64,000 bases of DNA, from assembly GCA_002633005.1 (NCBI GenBank), contig NMRA01000063.1, positions 739,391-803,390 on the forward strand, written 5' to 3'. Shown piece by piece: positions 11,701 through 22,014 of this stretch. The notes under the pieces were generated by a model. It was given only the letters and a program-made list of their open reading frames with translations. It did no database searches and was not told where the DNA came from. Positions within the stretch are counted from its first letter, which is position 1. Each line of letters opens with the position of its first letter. The position numbers and the translations under genes were made by a program. The stretch is from Phoronis australis (Eukaryota > Animalia > Phoronida).

Positions 11701-12486
11701 CTTGAAGTTTGAGCCGACTGGGACCTGTTCGAGATTGTTTGAAGAGTACACTAGACGCTGTGACTCGGACATTGGACTCCAAACTTTACGTTTTGTAATA
11801 GAATAGCTGTCTAAAAGCTCCGTGCGCTGCGCACGCAAGTTCTCCACTTCACAGGCGAGTGCAATATTTCCGTTAAACTCGTCAATATCTTCATCAACAA
11901 TGTATACGTATATTAGAGTACCGTTATCAGGTCGAACACGACGACGAACATCTTCGTCAAATGGCTTTAATTTAGTTCGAGAGTCTTTGGTAACCCACCA
12001 CCATCTGTATGCAGGCGGTGGGAAAGACTCTAAAATCGGTGTACACGGAATTTCGAGTGACTGGTTCACCGCACCCACAACAGACCCTCTGTATTGAGCT
12101 GAATCACTTCTTATCTCCTCCATGAAATAAACATCTACTTTAGCAAACGAAGATGCGTCTTTACCAAACACATTGGAGGCAGAACATTGGTAGAAAACAC
12201 TGTGCTCATTTGTTATATTCATGAGCTCAAGGATATTACTTGAGTGTTCCATCCTGATTGTTTTGCTATTTGTAGGATAAGACTTACTGAATTTCTTGGT
12301 CCATTCATACGTAATGTTACCAGATCCTTCCGCGCAACATTCGAGTTGCACGTCTGCGCCATAGACTACACCTTTTGACTTGGGGTGCCTCGTTATTTTG
12401 GGTGGGTAATTGAATTTTGCTTTCGCGAAAATGGGCAAGGTCAGTAACGTCGTGACAAATACCACAGTCACGTGAAAGATAAACAT
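8707..12486 (-). CDS. Single-ORF type I membrane protein (1259 aa): signal peptide, 5 neuroglian/L1-like Ig domains, TM helix, cytoplasmic 8 x ~62-aa helical repeats, basic Ser-rich tail
   Basis: Uninterrupted ORF; ATG at 12486 followed by a hydrophobic leader (MFIFHVTVVFVTTLLTLPIFAKA); Ig C..W..C motifs (LECCAEG..YEW..YQCSASN; IPC..YRW..LACEV; LICIFVGRPLPVVNW..YTC; FECSAS..W..VQC; LHCF..DP..VTW..VTC); TM at about 10851-10771. Confidence 0.88.
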   Translation of the reverse strand: MFIFHVTVVFVTTLLTLPIFAKAKFNYPPKITRHPKSKGVVYGADVQLECCAEGSGNITYEWTKKFSKSYPTNSKTIRMEHSSNILELMNITNEHSVFYQCSASNVFGKDASSFAKVDVYFMEEIRSDSAQYRGSVVGAVNQSLEIPCTPILESFPPPAYRWWWVTKDSRTKLKPFDEDVRRRVRPDNGTLIYVYIVDEDIDEFNGNIALACEVENLRAQRTELLDSYSITKRKVWSPMSESQRLVYSSNNLEQVPVGSNFKLICIFVGRPLPVVNWTVPFTFPATNGKLGKSRGSTFEVFMTERRHEGSYTCTGVDPVSGRVVGRAVMSVSVLHPLVLDDNARPKDTVVTEGSNVTFECSASSKSAHCMTRRWSVNNMEASTLKTAKLIDKKLILSQVQRSENITLVQCALYDNQGLLFTSAGYLVVVTPFRWRNGTQPGGEITIGKNSERVALHCFTESDPLEYTHVTWCKDSTIADCVRNNITKARDGVKFENSRSSLIIYFSENQIRPQNVTCIVQAMAFASAYGTDNNLMETFSLTYELTFLGLIELILLPVSVIFVVTGIVVVIFVECKGKIAFDKFHERCSVRSKIELVNVTDILNEAKELKIKLQKAVEANDEYRVRVLLLHYTTFGYNHSTIPMDKALITMAEQEISFHNKKSSEAEKRIKDEMTASIVSQNETNLYKCLGKYEELKKEHHAQFSIDKKFAKGANSALKRVKKASDRHVREAGELNQELMKAIRSKDEFGVRLNLLRYIDYSERHKHDVVVDRATVAVAEKHISEWSATYSVEEESMKSQLLQAILSQNADFIATALEKYEKLSKDKNRFFIDKKFVNAAKQALRNAGKSSLKSSKETHLQRQELLAAIKSKDEFSVHLALARYVTLCQEQDVLLDHVIVTRAEREIRKWNSGVSTTVEIIKNGFIKAIMSRNESEIKQAISSYEEYSKNLVGNIPIDRKYVIAAETSLETLSQANERASRAKREAAELKTKLRIAIDVGEECTSRLALLNYRMYCLRNMIVMDTEIIARAEQVIDESNKDTSDAVKSIKDELTKAIVSRRESDLKEALEKCEPRLGAERFGVVNIDRRFIKCANDCLKTINERNCEAPAESRCPKERWKKACTLFKFPRYKNKVGMQPITASGVHTELNSKLSKSYFQRFCKAYVESAPKRDPKEMSSLQKLFLKETVHKQNKGETMTRRSKSASTVCSAGTSRSLIQPQRRIVTPKSSTASFESKYEHPNLSPKRIKSQNSFSCISPN

Positions 12487-12830
12487 GCCCAACTCTACGC
12501 CACGCACGTGGAGCAAAGAACGTAACTTGTTGTCTTGAGACACGAGACGACAGCCAAAAGACAACACTACTTACGCGAATAAATCTTTATTTCACCATAG
12601 GCCTACATTATAGACAACAGATTCACAACTCCGACATTTTCTTGAGTCCTATCCTAAAAGAGTAGCCACTCTCCAAAATTACCAATTTCAGTTTCTGATA
12701 AATGTATTGTGACGGGAAATTCTAGCATCTATTTTATTGTACAGTGCAACGAAAAAAAAAAATAATTTCGGCATTGAAACGCTGTTCAAAGTCTTCCAAT
12801 ACTAGAACTGTTGATATCGTGAGTACTTAT

Positions 12831-12972
12831 CAGGGGCGGATCCAGGGGCCAGGGCAAAGTATTAGCCAGGATTTTGCCCGTCAGACATTCACATTCCCGA
12901 ACTGCCAAATGGAATCTGGGAGAATTTCAGGTACGGCCATGGGCCCCTTGGCCCCCTCTAAATCCTAAACTG
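12831..12972. mobile_element. Short hAT-like MITE with 5-bp TSD, upstream of the Ig gene
   Basis: CAGGGGCGGATCCAG ... degenerate CTAAATCCTAAACTG; CTTAT on both flanks. Confidence 0.65.
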
Positions 12973-12999
12973 CTTATGGCACTAAACCACACAACATCC

Positions 13000-13266
13000 T
13001 GTTGAAATATATCACTTTTGGTTGCACAAATGAAACCACAACAGATCGTGAGAATGACCTCTATTGTCAAAAAGAGACTAATTACAACGAAACAACTAAT
13101 CGCAATAATGCGGTCGATGTAACGTAAAATAATAATAAATGATTTTCAGCACTCTTCCTCAGTTCTTAGTGTTTAAGTTCAAACATAACCAATAAAAGAG
13201 TTTCCCAAAGTCCTCAAAGCAGGTATGATAAAGTATCCACAAGACGTTTACTTATAAGTACCAACA
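13000..13266 (-). repeat. 3' LTR of the Copia element
   Basis: On the minus strand, PPT GAGGAGGAG (13275-13267) is followed by TGTTG and the LTR ends in CAACA at 13000. Confidence 0.7.
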
Positions 13267-16019
13267 CTCCTCCTCACTTATGTTAACCGTTGAACAACTA
13301 ACAAACTAATGTTTAACTAACTCCTGCCATGGCCCTGAGTTTTTCGAATGTTTCTCTTGGCAATGGCTTGGTCAACATGCCTGCTGTCATTAGTGCACTA
13401 CAACAATACTTTAAGTCAATAGAACCAGTGCTGACCAAATCACGGATAAAGTGATGTTTGATTTCAATATGTTTGGCACGACCATGAAATTTTGGATTGT
13501 GACATATGGATATGGCTGCCTGGTTATCCTCAAAAAAAGTCATCGGTTTTTGAATTCCATTCAACTCGAGCACAAATTTGGAAAGCCACAATGGCTTCCT
13601 GCGCAGCCATCCCCAAGCCAACATGCTCCGCTTCAGCTGATGACAGAGCAACACATGATGACGTTTACTTCTCAAGCTGACAATTGATCCAGCCACATAA
13701 AATGTATATCCAGATGTCGATCTACGTACGACATCTTCTCCCCAGTCGGAGTCGGAATATCCAACAGAGTCCGAGAACTCGCTACTTTATCGCAATCCGA
13801 AATTAACCGTTCCATTCAAGTATCGCATTATCCGCTTAACAACAGACCAGTGCTGTTCGGTCGGTTTCTAGCAGAACTGAGAAACACTTCTCACTGCAAA
13901 TGCTATACCTGGCCTTGTCCACTGACTCAGATATAGCAAACTTCCAACAGCAGATCGACTGATATAATTCCTGATCAAAAGTAGCAACATCATTTGGTTC
14001 AGGTTTTAAACCCATTTCCATAGGGGTACTGACTGGCTTACACTCGCTCACACCAAATTCCAGGACTTTGGTCGTGTAACCTGGTTGTGACTAACTAAGC
14101 AATCACAACCCCCAAGAAGTATTTCAATTCACCCATGTCAGTTACTTTGAATTTTGCCTTTATTGCTCGCTTAATCTCTGACAGTTCTTCATCATCAGTT
14201 GCAGCAATAATTATGTCATCGACATAAACTGCTATCATAGCAGTACCACCATCCAACACAAAAATGCATGGATCGTTATCTGAACGTTTAAAACCAATGT
14301 TGTGCAAATGCTCATCCAAAACAATGTTCCAACAACGAGGTGACTGTTTCAACCCATAAATACTCTCGTTGAGCTTACAGACAAGGTTTATCTTGCCTTT
14401 CTCAACAAATCCCTCGGGTTGTCTCATATACACCTCCTCATGTAACACACCATTTAGAAATGCAGTGTTCACATCCATCTGATGAAGCATCATATTTTGT
14501 TTTAATGCAAGAGCAATCAGTGCTCGCACAGACTTCGGTCTCTACCGAATCATCAGGAGTTTCATTCTCTTCCGACTGCTTGTCATCCGCTTGTTCCACA
14601 TCGATGCATTTCTCACTACCAATCTCGGACCGGACAGTACCTTTGGCCTTTTATACTCCTTCTCAAGTCCGAATATGTACTCGTCAAACACAACATCACG
14701 AGTAAGAATGACTCGATCACGACTTATATCATACACACGATATGCCTTACTATCAGGTGCATAACCCAGAAAGATGGTCTTTCTAGATTTTGAATCAAAC
14801 TTAAGAACGTTCGTCCTTAGGGACATGTGCATATGCTCTGCAGCCAAAACACGTAGAGTATCAACACTCGGTTTCTCGCCCATCAAGGCCTCAAATGGAG
14901 TTTGACCATTTAGCGCCCTCGTAGGACTTCGGTTTCGCAAATTGGTAGCAGTGGAGATTACCTCTGCCCAAAATTTCTGGGGCAAAAGCGATTCAGCAAG
15001 CATTGAGCGTGCAGTTTCGACAAGGGTGCGATTCATTCTTTCGGCAACTCCGTTTTGGTCTGGTGTCTTCGGAACAGTTACTTGGTGTCTGATTCCTTCT
15101 CGTCTGAGGTACTGTTCAAACTGCTTTGAAATGTACTCTCCTCCATTGTCAGCTCTGAGACTTTTGAGTTTCTGACCAGTAAGATTCTCAGCCATATAGC
15201 CTTCCATTCTAAAAAGGTATTGAATACCTGATCCTTACGCTTGATGATGTACACCCAAGCATACCGGGAATAATCATCGACAAATGTCAGAAAGTATTCA
15301 CAGCCACTGAGGGAAGCTGTGCTCATTTTACCGCAAACATCAGTGTTCACAAGTCGCAGAGGGAAATTGCTACGATGGGCCTTACCTTCTGGAAAGCTGG
15401 CTCTGTGCAGCTTACCTTGAACACAAGGCTCACAAACTCCCAGTTCACAATCCGACTTACAGTCAAGCCCAATTGTAATCTTACTGCGTATCAATTGTTT
15501 AAACTTTGGCCACCTAAATGTCCAAAACGAAGATGCCACAACTCAAACTGTGAGTTAGTCTCTGCTACTGACACAGACTCAGTCATGGGCCTTACATTTA
15601 AGTAATACAGGCCATTGACTTTACGGCCTTTTGCAACTTCTTTACCAACATCATTCACAATGTTACACTCAGTATCAGTAAATTCTATGGTGCCTAGCTT
15701 GTGAAAAGCTTAACAAACTGAATGACAGGCCTGGTACAAACAGAACATTTTCTTACACACATTTTGTGCTATTCCCGTTCAGGGAATCAAGTTCAAGTTC
15801 AACCGCTCCTTGGCCGGTTCCTTTTAAAACACGTCCATCCCCAAGCGTACGTCTCTACTGTCCTGCAGCTCCGTAAACTCGGTATATTTTGCTTTGTCAT
15901 TGCACATGTATGTTGATGTTCCCGAGTCCATGATCCATTCACGAGTAGACCTAGCACCAGTAAGCATTGCATTTATCAGCAAGCCAATAGACACCTCACT
16001 CTCACTGTCCTTAGTCGCT

Positions 16020-16545
16020 TCAAAACTCGAGAAATTCAATGTAAGAAGGGACAAAGCACTTGCTACCATAGTTCTCTCAGTGGACACTAGTTTGTTGTAC
16101 ATACCAGGAGACCCCGTGGATCCCTGTGACGTGTGGCAGAAATTTCAGAACCAGTTTCAAAAGAAAACTTGGGCAAATAAGCTGCATTTACGTAAGAAAC
16201 TATATTCAATGAAGTTAAATGCATGTGATGACGTCAGTGCTCATATCAAATCCATGACTGACCTTTTTAACGAACTTGCAGTAATTGGTGATCCAGTAAA
16301 CGATGAAGATCGTGTTGTGCATCTTCTTGCAAGTCTTCCCAATATGTATGATGTGTTGGTTACAGCAATGGAGGCTTGCGAGGAGGTGCCTGGGATGGAA
16401 CTAGTGACTGAGCGTTTATTACACGAGGAGCGGAAACTTAGCGAACAGTCAGCCGGGGAAGCGCTTGTCGCTCGCGAAAAGACTAGGTCAAACAAGGGTC
16501 CTAAGTGTTATGGATGTAAATGGTGTGGTCACATAAAACGTTTTG
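16020..16545 (+). pseudogene. Copia gag fragment in opposite orientation to its pol
   Basis: RRDKALATIVLSVD..FQKKTWANKLHLRKKLYSMKL..LLASLP..ERLLHEE..CYGCKWCGHIK (zinc knuckle truncated). Confidence 0.9.
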
Positions 16546-19260
16546 ATTAGCTCAATAACTTTCATCAGAGTCGGGTCAGCTCATGTGGTCAGTTCGATGT
16601 CCTCAATCGAAATAGCTTTGGGTTTTGTGTGTTGCAAAATACAGTTGACATATTCTTCCGTAATCTTGCTTTCGCGCGAAGCCTGTTTGTTACCAGCAAT
16701 TGGGTGTCGTGACATAAAATCGGGCCGGGTTGGAGACACCCGGTTTATATTTAATTGTGAACTTTTATGGTTGTAGCCGTAATCCCCAACGTTCGATTCT
16801 GAGCGGTGGTCATTCCTTTTTCCAACTCGTTTCCAGAGGTTTATGATCCGTAATAACCTCAAAGTGATGAGCGCCTCGCAAATACATATCAAAATGTTCG
16901 CATGCCCATACAATCGCTAGTGCCTCCCGTTCCGTTTGACTATAACGGGTTTCTGTTTCGGTGAGCGATCTGCTCGCATAAGTGACAACTTTGTTGTTTT
17001 GGCATAATATAGCGGAAATTCCCACTGGACTTCCATCAACAATTACTTCAATATTCTCATTCGGCTTAGAATATGCCATGACTGGGCGGTCAATCAGTTT
17101 CTGTTTCAGTGTCTTAAACGCGGTTTCATGTTCATTCGCCCATTGCTAAACAGCATCCTTCTTGGTTAGCCTACGCAGTGGTTCACTGATCGTAGCATAG
17201 TTATCATGAAATCTCGCGCAATATGTTGTCATGCCGAGAAAACTGCGCACACTACTTACATTTGATGGTGCTTTGGTGTCAACAATGGCTTTGACCTTTT
17301 TTGGATCTGGTGAGATTCCACCTCTACTGAAGACAAGTACGAAAAAATCGATAGACGACTTGTTATACTCACATTTCTTGGCATTCAGTGTCAGCCCATT
17401 GTCTTGCAATGCTTGGAACACATCGTAGTCTTCCTGCGTCTTCCCAAACACAATTATGTCATCGGCTATATTTTTCACACCGGGAATTCCTTTAATCACA
17501 TTTTTGATCGTTTCTTGAAATATTTCAGATACGGAACAAACACGAAATTTAGACGCCGATAACGGAAAAGACAAGCATGCGTACTAAACGTTGTGATATA
17601 GCGAGAACTTTCATCCAACTCGAGTTGGTGATAACCGGAACGTAGGTCCAATTTACTAAAAATTGAGGACCCATTCAAATCCGAAATTAACTCATCAACA
17701 GTGGGCATGTGGTGGCGTTCGCGTTCAATTGCCGTATTCGGCCCACGCATATCGACGCATAATCTGATGTCATCCGAGTCCTTCTTAGGAGGGGTCACAA
17801 TAGGTGAAATCCAAGGCGTCGGAGTGCCAACCTCTACCTTTTCAATGATGCCTTCTTTCAACAACTTGTTGAGCTCTTTTTCGACATTCTCCCTCAAGTG
17901 AAACGGTGTACACCGATGTCGAATCGCGATCGGCTTGACGTAAGGGTTAATGTGGAGTTTCACGTTTGAGTTTTTCAACTTTCCTACCACACTGAATAGT
18001 TCTGGAAATCGGTCCTCAACACTTTTTATATTTCTCGCGACTTGGACAAGATTCAGCTTAACGCAGGTCGGGTAACCCAGCAACGAACCGTGATTGCGCT
18101 TGACTACCAGAAACTCGCAACAGGCATAAATCTGTTTTGTTTCTATGGTGACCTGACACCGTCCGATGACCGGCAATGGGTTGTTATTGCCATATGGTAA
18201 CAGTTTCTCCAGACGACGTTTGCTTAATTTGGGTGAGCCAATTTTAGCATACGTCACCTCGTCAAGGATGTTTATTGACGCACCAGTGTCAATTGTTCTG
18301 TCGCATGGTCTATCATTTAACTTCACGGAAACATGTGGAATCCGAGTCGATTTCTGCTGACTCACACCATAACAATATTCTTCATCGCTCGACTCAGGTT
18401 GTTGACAGTTATCTGAGTGTGATTTAACGCCCTTTTTGTCGTTTTTAATCTCCCTTACTTTATGAGTTGTTACCGGTCTCGTTTGCCTCACACGGCAGAA
18501 TTTTGCAAAATGTCCAACATTTTGACACTTATGGCAAATTTTATCTTTGGCAGGACATGGTCCTGAGTGTGGATAACTTCTTCCACAGCTGAAACATGAC
18601 TTGTTTGCCAAGTTTGGTTTAACATACCCTCGCTGTCTCGGCGTTTGTACGTGGACGACTACTTTTATCTCTCATCCTTTCACACAATGAGTGTCTCTCT
18701 CAATAGCTGCCGCTTGACTATCCGCAATTTCAACAGCGACCAAGTGCCAATATCTCTGCTAGAGGTTTGTCTGCCTCTCTCAGCGCTCTGCGGTGTAATT
18801 GATTGGATGAACAGTTCTGGATCACCTGAGACAGGATCTCTTGATTCGCGTTTACAAAATTATAGTTGGCAGCCAACTGTCTCAATTCAGTGACAAACTC
18901 ATCTAACGACTGTCCGGGTTGTTGTCTATACGTCCGAAACTGATAGATGTCCATCTGAACATTTTTCTTAGGCTCAAAATAAGACAAAATACCTGTTCAG
19001 TGCCCTCATAGTCCTGCGTTGAGTCCCCCTTGTTGGCCTCATATATGTCGTACGTTTTGTCGCCAACGTAATGCAACAGCAGAGCCCGCTTCCTGGCCCC
19101 GTTGTCCTCCGTGTCGGCGAGTACCATGCCGACGAACAAGTTTTCTAACTTTCCGATCCACTGTCGGAACTTCGGGCCAGCGCTAGTGCTGTCCTCACAG
19201 TCAAATTGTGGAAAAACCGGCAAACCTCCTGCCTGCATTGTCCACGCTCAATGAGTTCAA

Positions 19261-19273
19261 ATCCTCGTCGCCA
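19261..19273 (-). promoter_or_regulatory. Primer binding site TGGCGACGAGGAT, complementary to the tRNA-Ser(GCT) 3' end
   Basis: Lies one base after the LTR end; complement ATCCTCGTCG-CCA matches the recalled metazoan tRNA-Ser(GCT) terminus. Confidence 0.75.
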
Positions 19274-19274
19274 G

Positions 19275-19519
19275 TGTAATATTCTGATATTACGAAGTCA
19301 GAATATAAGACTTGCTGTGTCAAATACTTTATTGGAACTAACTAAATTTCCTACAAGGTGGCTTATGTAGAACAGTGACTAAGTAGCATGCAATTCTAAC
19401 AATCGAAGTGGTAATGTCATATATAGAACTTCCTTTACTCAGAATTAATTAAACTATAGTCTTGCACTAACTGGTATGCGTGAGTAATATATCTGTTATA
19501 TGTTTATCAAAACATTACA
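19275..19519 (-). repeat. 5' LTR of the Gypsy element (245 bp)
   Basis: TGTAAT...ATTACA inverted ends, internal AATAAA, PBS adjacent. Confidence 0.8.
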
Positions 19520-20214
19520 TATCCCTCCACAAGTTTTAATACTGTGGAATTTTACCAGAATCTGTCAGTCGTTTTTACAAATAATTGACAGACAAGGAAA
19601 ATACTGTGGATGCATAAAATGCTGCAGTAGTGTCCAAAATATCTCGACTATAATCACATAAGTGATTTGCATATACGCGTACATCAGACAAAATAACCGG
19701 TGCTAGTCAATTACCTGTAAACAAGAGCAATACAATGCACCCACTACAGCAACTTGAGCAACATGTTGGTAGGGGTGTTCATTACTATCATACAATATAA
19801 TTAGATTAATGACGGACGACAGCCAACATGCTGACTGTATGGGACCACAAAAATAATTTAAATAAGTAATAATGAATAAATAAATAACAATGAATAAATA
19901 ACAATAAATCAGTAACAAAGTACGGATAAAAATAAATATATTATAATAATAACAAAAAACAGTAAGTATAATTATCTTTTAGATCTGAATGTATGAAGAC
20001 TTAAGTGAATTGCAGGAAGAAATGAAAGAAAGTAGTTAGAAGCATCAATGCGCTTAGAATGAACTAATCAGTAGTTCCCAAAATCATGCAAACCATTAAC
20101 GATTTTCTATATAAGCGATCGAATGCAGTAACAGTAAAGACATTACGTTCGAATCACCCTATCCATGTCTCTGGTTAGTTGGCTGGCAACAGTTTCACGC
20201 AAAAAAAAACTTTT

Positions 20215-20341
20215 CATGTATATCATCTATCTTTATTAGTGGAGATGTGAAAAAAGCACCAGTCACGAATTTCTGCTGTTGCTTGCAGCCGTAAGCAGCG
20301 GAATAATGCACTGTTCCTTTTTTACCGACAGGCGCCGTCAT
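20215..20341 (-). pseudogene. Possible THAP-domain remnant
   Basis: MTAPVGKKGTVHYSAAYGC..FF..P resembles the THAP start CxAxGC..FFxFP; frameshifted. Confidence 0.35.
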
Positions 20342-20717
20342 ATCTTGCCTTGTCTTGTAAATCCCTGTGGTTGTTTGATAACGAACATCGACATTTCTAA
20401 TTAATTCACATGGCGTCCTCATTAAATACTTCAGGCAATCACTTGAAAACGTACATATTGATATTTTGCAGAAATTAACTTGATTTGCATAAACGAACAG
20501 GTAAATAGGTACTGAGCTGAAACTGAAATCGAGCAACAGGTTCGTACCGACACGAGAAGCCGTAACGGTTTGAAGTTGAATTGGAGCATGGAAGCCACAC
20601 ATTTACCACAGGTGGATGTTATATGCTAGGATTCGCGCCTTGCGTATGAGACATTTTTTTGTTTTTGTTGCCAAATACTGCAATTTCCATGCATCCTGGC
20701 GAGTTTAAGCCACTTAA

Positions 20718-21380
20718 AGGAGAATACCACCCGATTTAATTAGTCTTTTTTACCGTCTTAATCGGTCTATATCCACATCGCCTCTTATACGGTCGACCTC
20801 ACCTTGCCGAGAGGTGTCGCATTAACCTGTGAGGAAGGTGAGAAACAACGCAGCCACGTCAGTGGTTCGTCTGCAGAGTGACTGCCGTGCTGTATTGCGG
20901 TGAATCGTTCCCGCTTGCCCAAAATATGAAGCTGCGAAGAAAGATGGCATGTCATTTTTTCGACTTCCTCGAGAGCCCGAAATGCTTAGGAAGTGGCTTG
21001 CGGTAGTGAAGAATGAAAGGTACGCTGTTAATAGCAAGTTATGAGACCGTGAAACATCTCCGTGTCTGTGGCCGGTATTTCGTCGACAGCGATTTCTCTG
21101 ACAAATTCCGGCTAACTAAAGAACTATCCATACGCTCTGTTGCCTGTGCATGTTCACGGCGCCTCTCTAGTATTTCTTGATCAGTGTATTCTGGTTCGAA
21201 CTGATAGCCTGTGAAACCTAACGATCTGACCCATGAAATCTTCGTCGGATGAGCTCTTGACTAAGTCGGGATTGGCGCCGGGCGAGGTGCCATGTAGACG
21301 TTCTTTATTCTGCGTTCTGTTTCAAAATGAATTATTTTCATCATTTCATCATAACCAATGCTTATATAAAAATGAAACAA
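20718..21380 (+). mobile_element. Kolobok(P)-like DNA transposon remnant: THAP N-terminus on +, YQFEP-type N-terminus on -
   Basis: TTAA|AGGAGAATACCACCCG left end; PCCIAVN..GMSFFRLPREPEMLRKWL..LRVCGRYFVDSDF (+); GYQFEPEYTDQEILERR (-). Right terminus not identified. Confidence 0.6.
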
Positions 21381-21840
21381 TTAAAGTCTACGTGTCATTA
21401 GATGTAATGCCTTTGGAGCATTTGTGAGTGCAAATGTTGAGAAGCCAGCAGTGAATAAACTACTGCGTTGCCGGCTTTTGATGCCGGCAATAAAGGAAAA
21501 TTGACCGGGCACTGAGGCCGTGTGAGCGCATGATAATTCAGTGTTTACTGACAGAAAGCTGTTGTGAAACAATAACTCGATTTTATATGCTATGGTCACA
21601 TGTTAGGGAAACCTTTATTAGAAATACAAATACATTATTCAAATCATTGCTACTGTGCAGTCTTTGCCTTGACGGTCTGTGGATGGGGAACCCGACTTCG
21701 CGGCCCCCGACAAGTAAGTAGTAAGCAGTTTCGTGGCTAATTCACATAAATAATTACGAGTACATCATTTCTTTGTCTCACTATTATAGTCTTTTCGTGA
21801 CTGGAGGTTTAGTTTCTAACTCAAGCTGGTTTATGTTCCT

Positions 21841-21982
21841 NNNNNNNNNNNNNNNNNNNNNNNNNNNNNNNNNNNNNNNNNNNNNNNNNNNNNNNNNNNN
21901 NNNNNNNNNNNNNNNNNNNNNNNNNNNNNNNNNNNNNNNNNNNNNNNNNNNNNNNNNNNNNNNNNNNNNNNNNNNNNNNNNN
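21841..21982. other. Assembly gap (N run)
   Basis: 142 N. Confidence 0.99.
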
Positions 21983-22014
21983 GACGGGCCTGATCGGGTT
22001 CCGAGCCACTGGCC

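Larger units (their letters stand above)
13000..16545 (-). mobile_element. Degenerate Ty1/Copia LTR retrotransposon (PR-IN-RT-RH on minus strand, gag fragment inverted)
   Basis: Protease WIMDSG; WHLRFGH..CEPCVQGK; integrase DNGGEY..PDQNGVAERMNRT; RT QMDVNTAFLNG, YGLKQSPRCW, YVDD; RNase H RAKHIEIKHHFIRD..LTKPL; multiple frameshifts. Confidence 0.95.
16545..19519 (-). mobile_element. Degenerate Ty3/Gypsy (Mag/K02A2.6-like) LTR retrotransposon, truncated before the integrase
   Basis: Gag (KRALLLHYVG, two zinc knuckles), protease IDTGAS, RT (KLDLRSGYHQL, ADDIIVFG), RNase H (YSQTEREALA..TDHKPL); frameshifted. Confidence 0.95.

Noticed and set aside
12487-12567. N-terminal 27 aa of the 1286-aa ORF call
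   Set aside because: Non-ATG start; the ATG at 12486 directly precedes a signal peptide.
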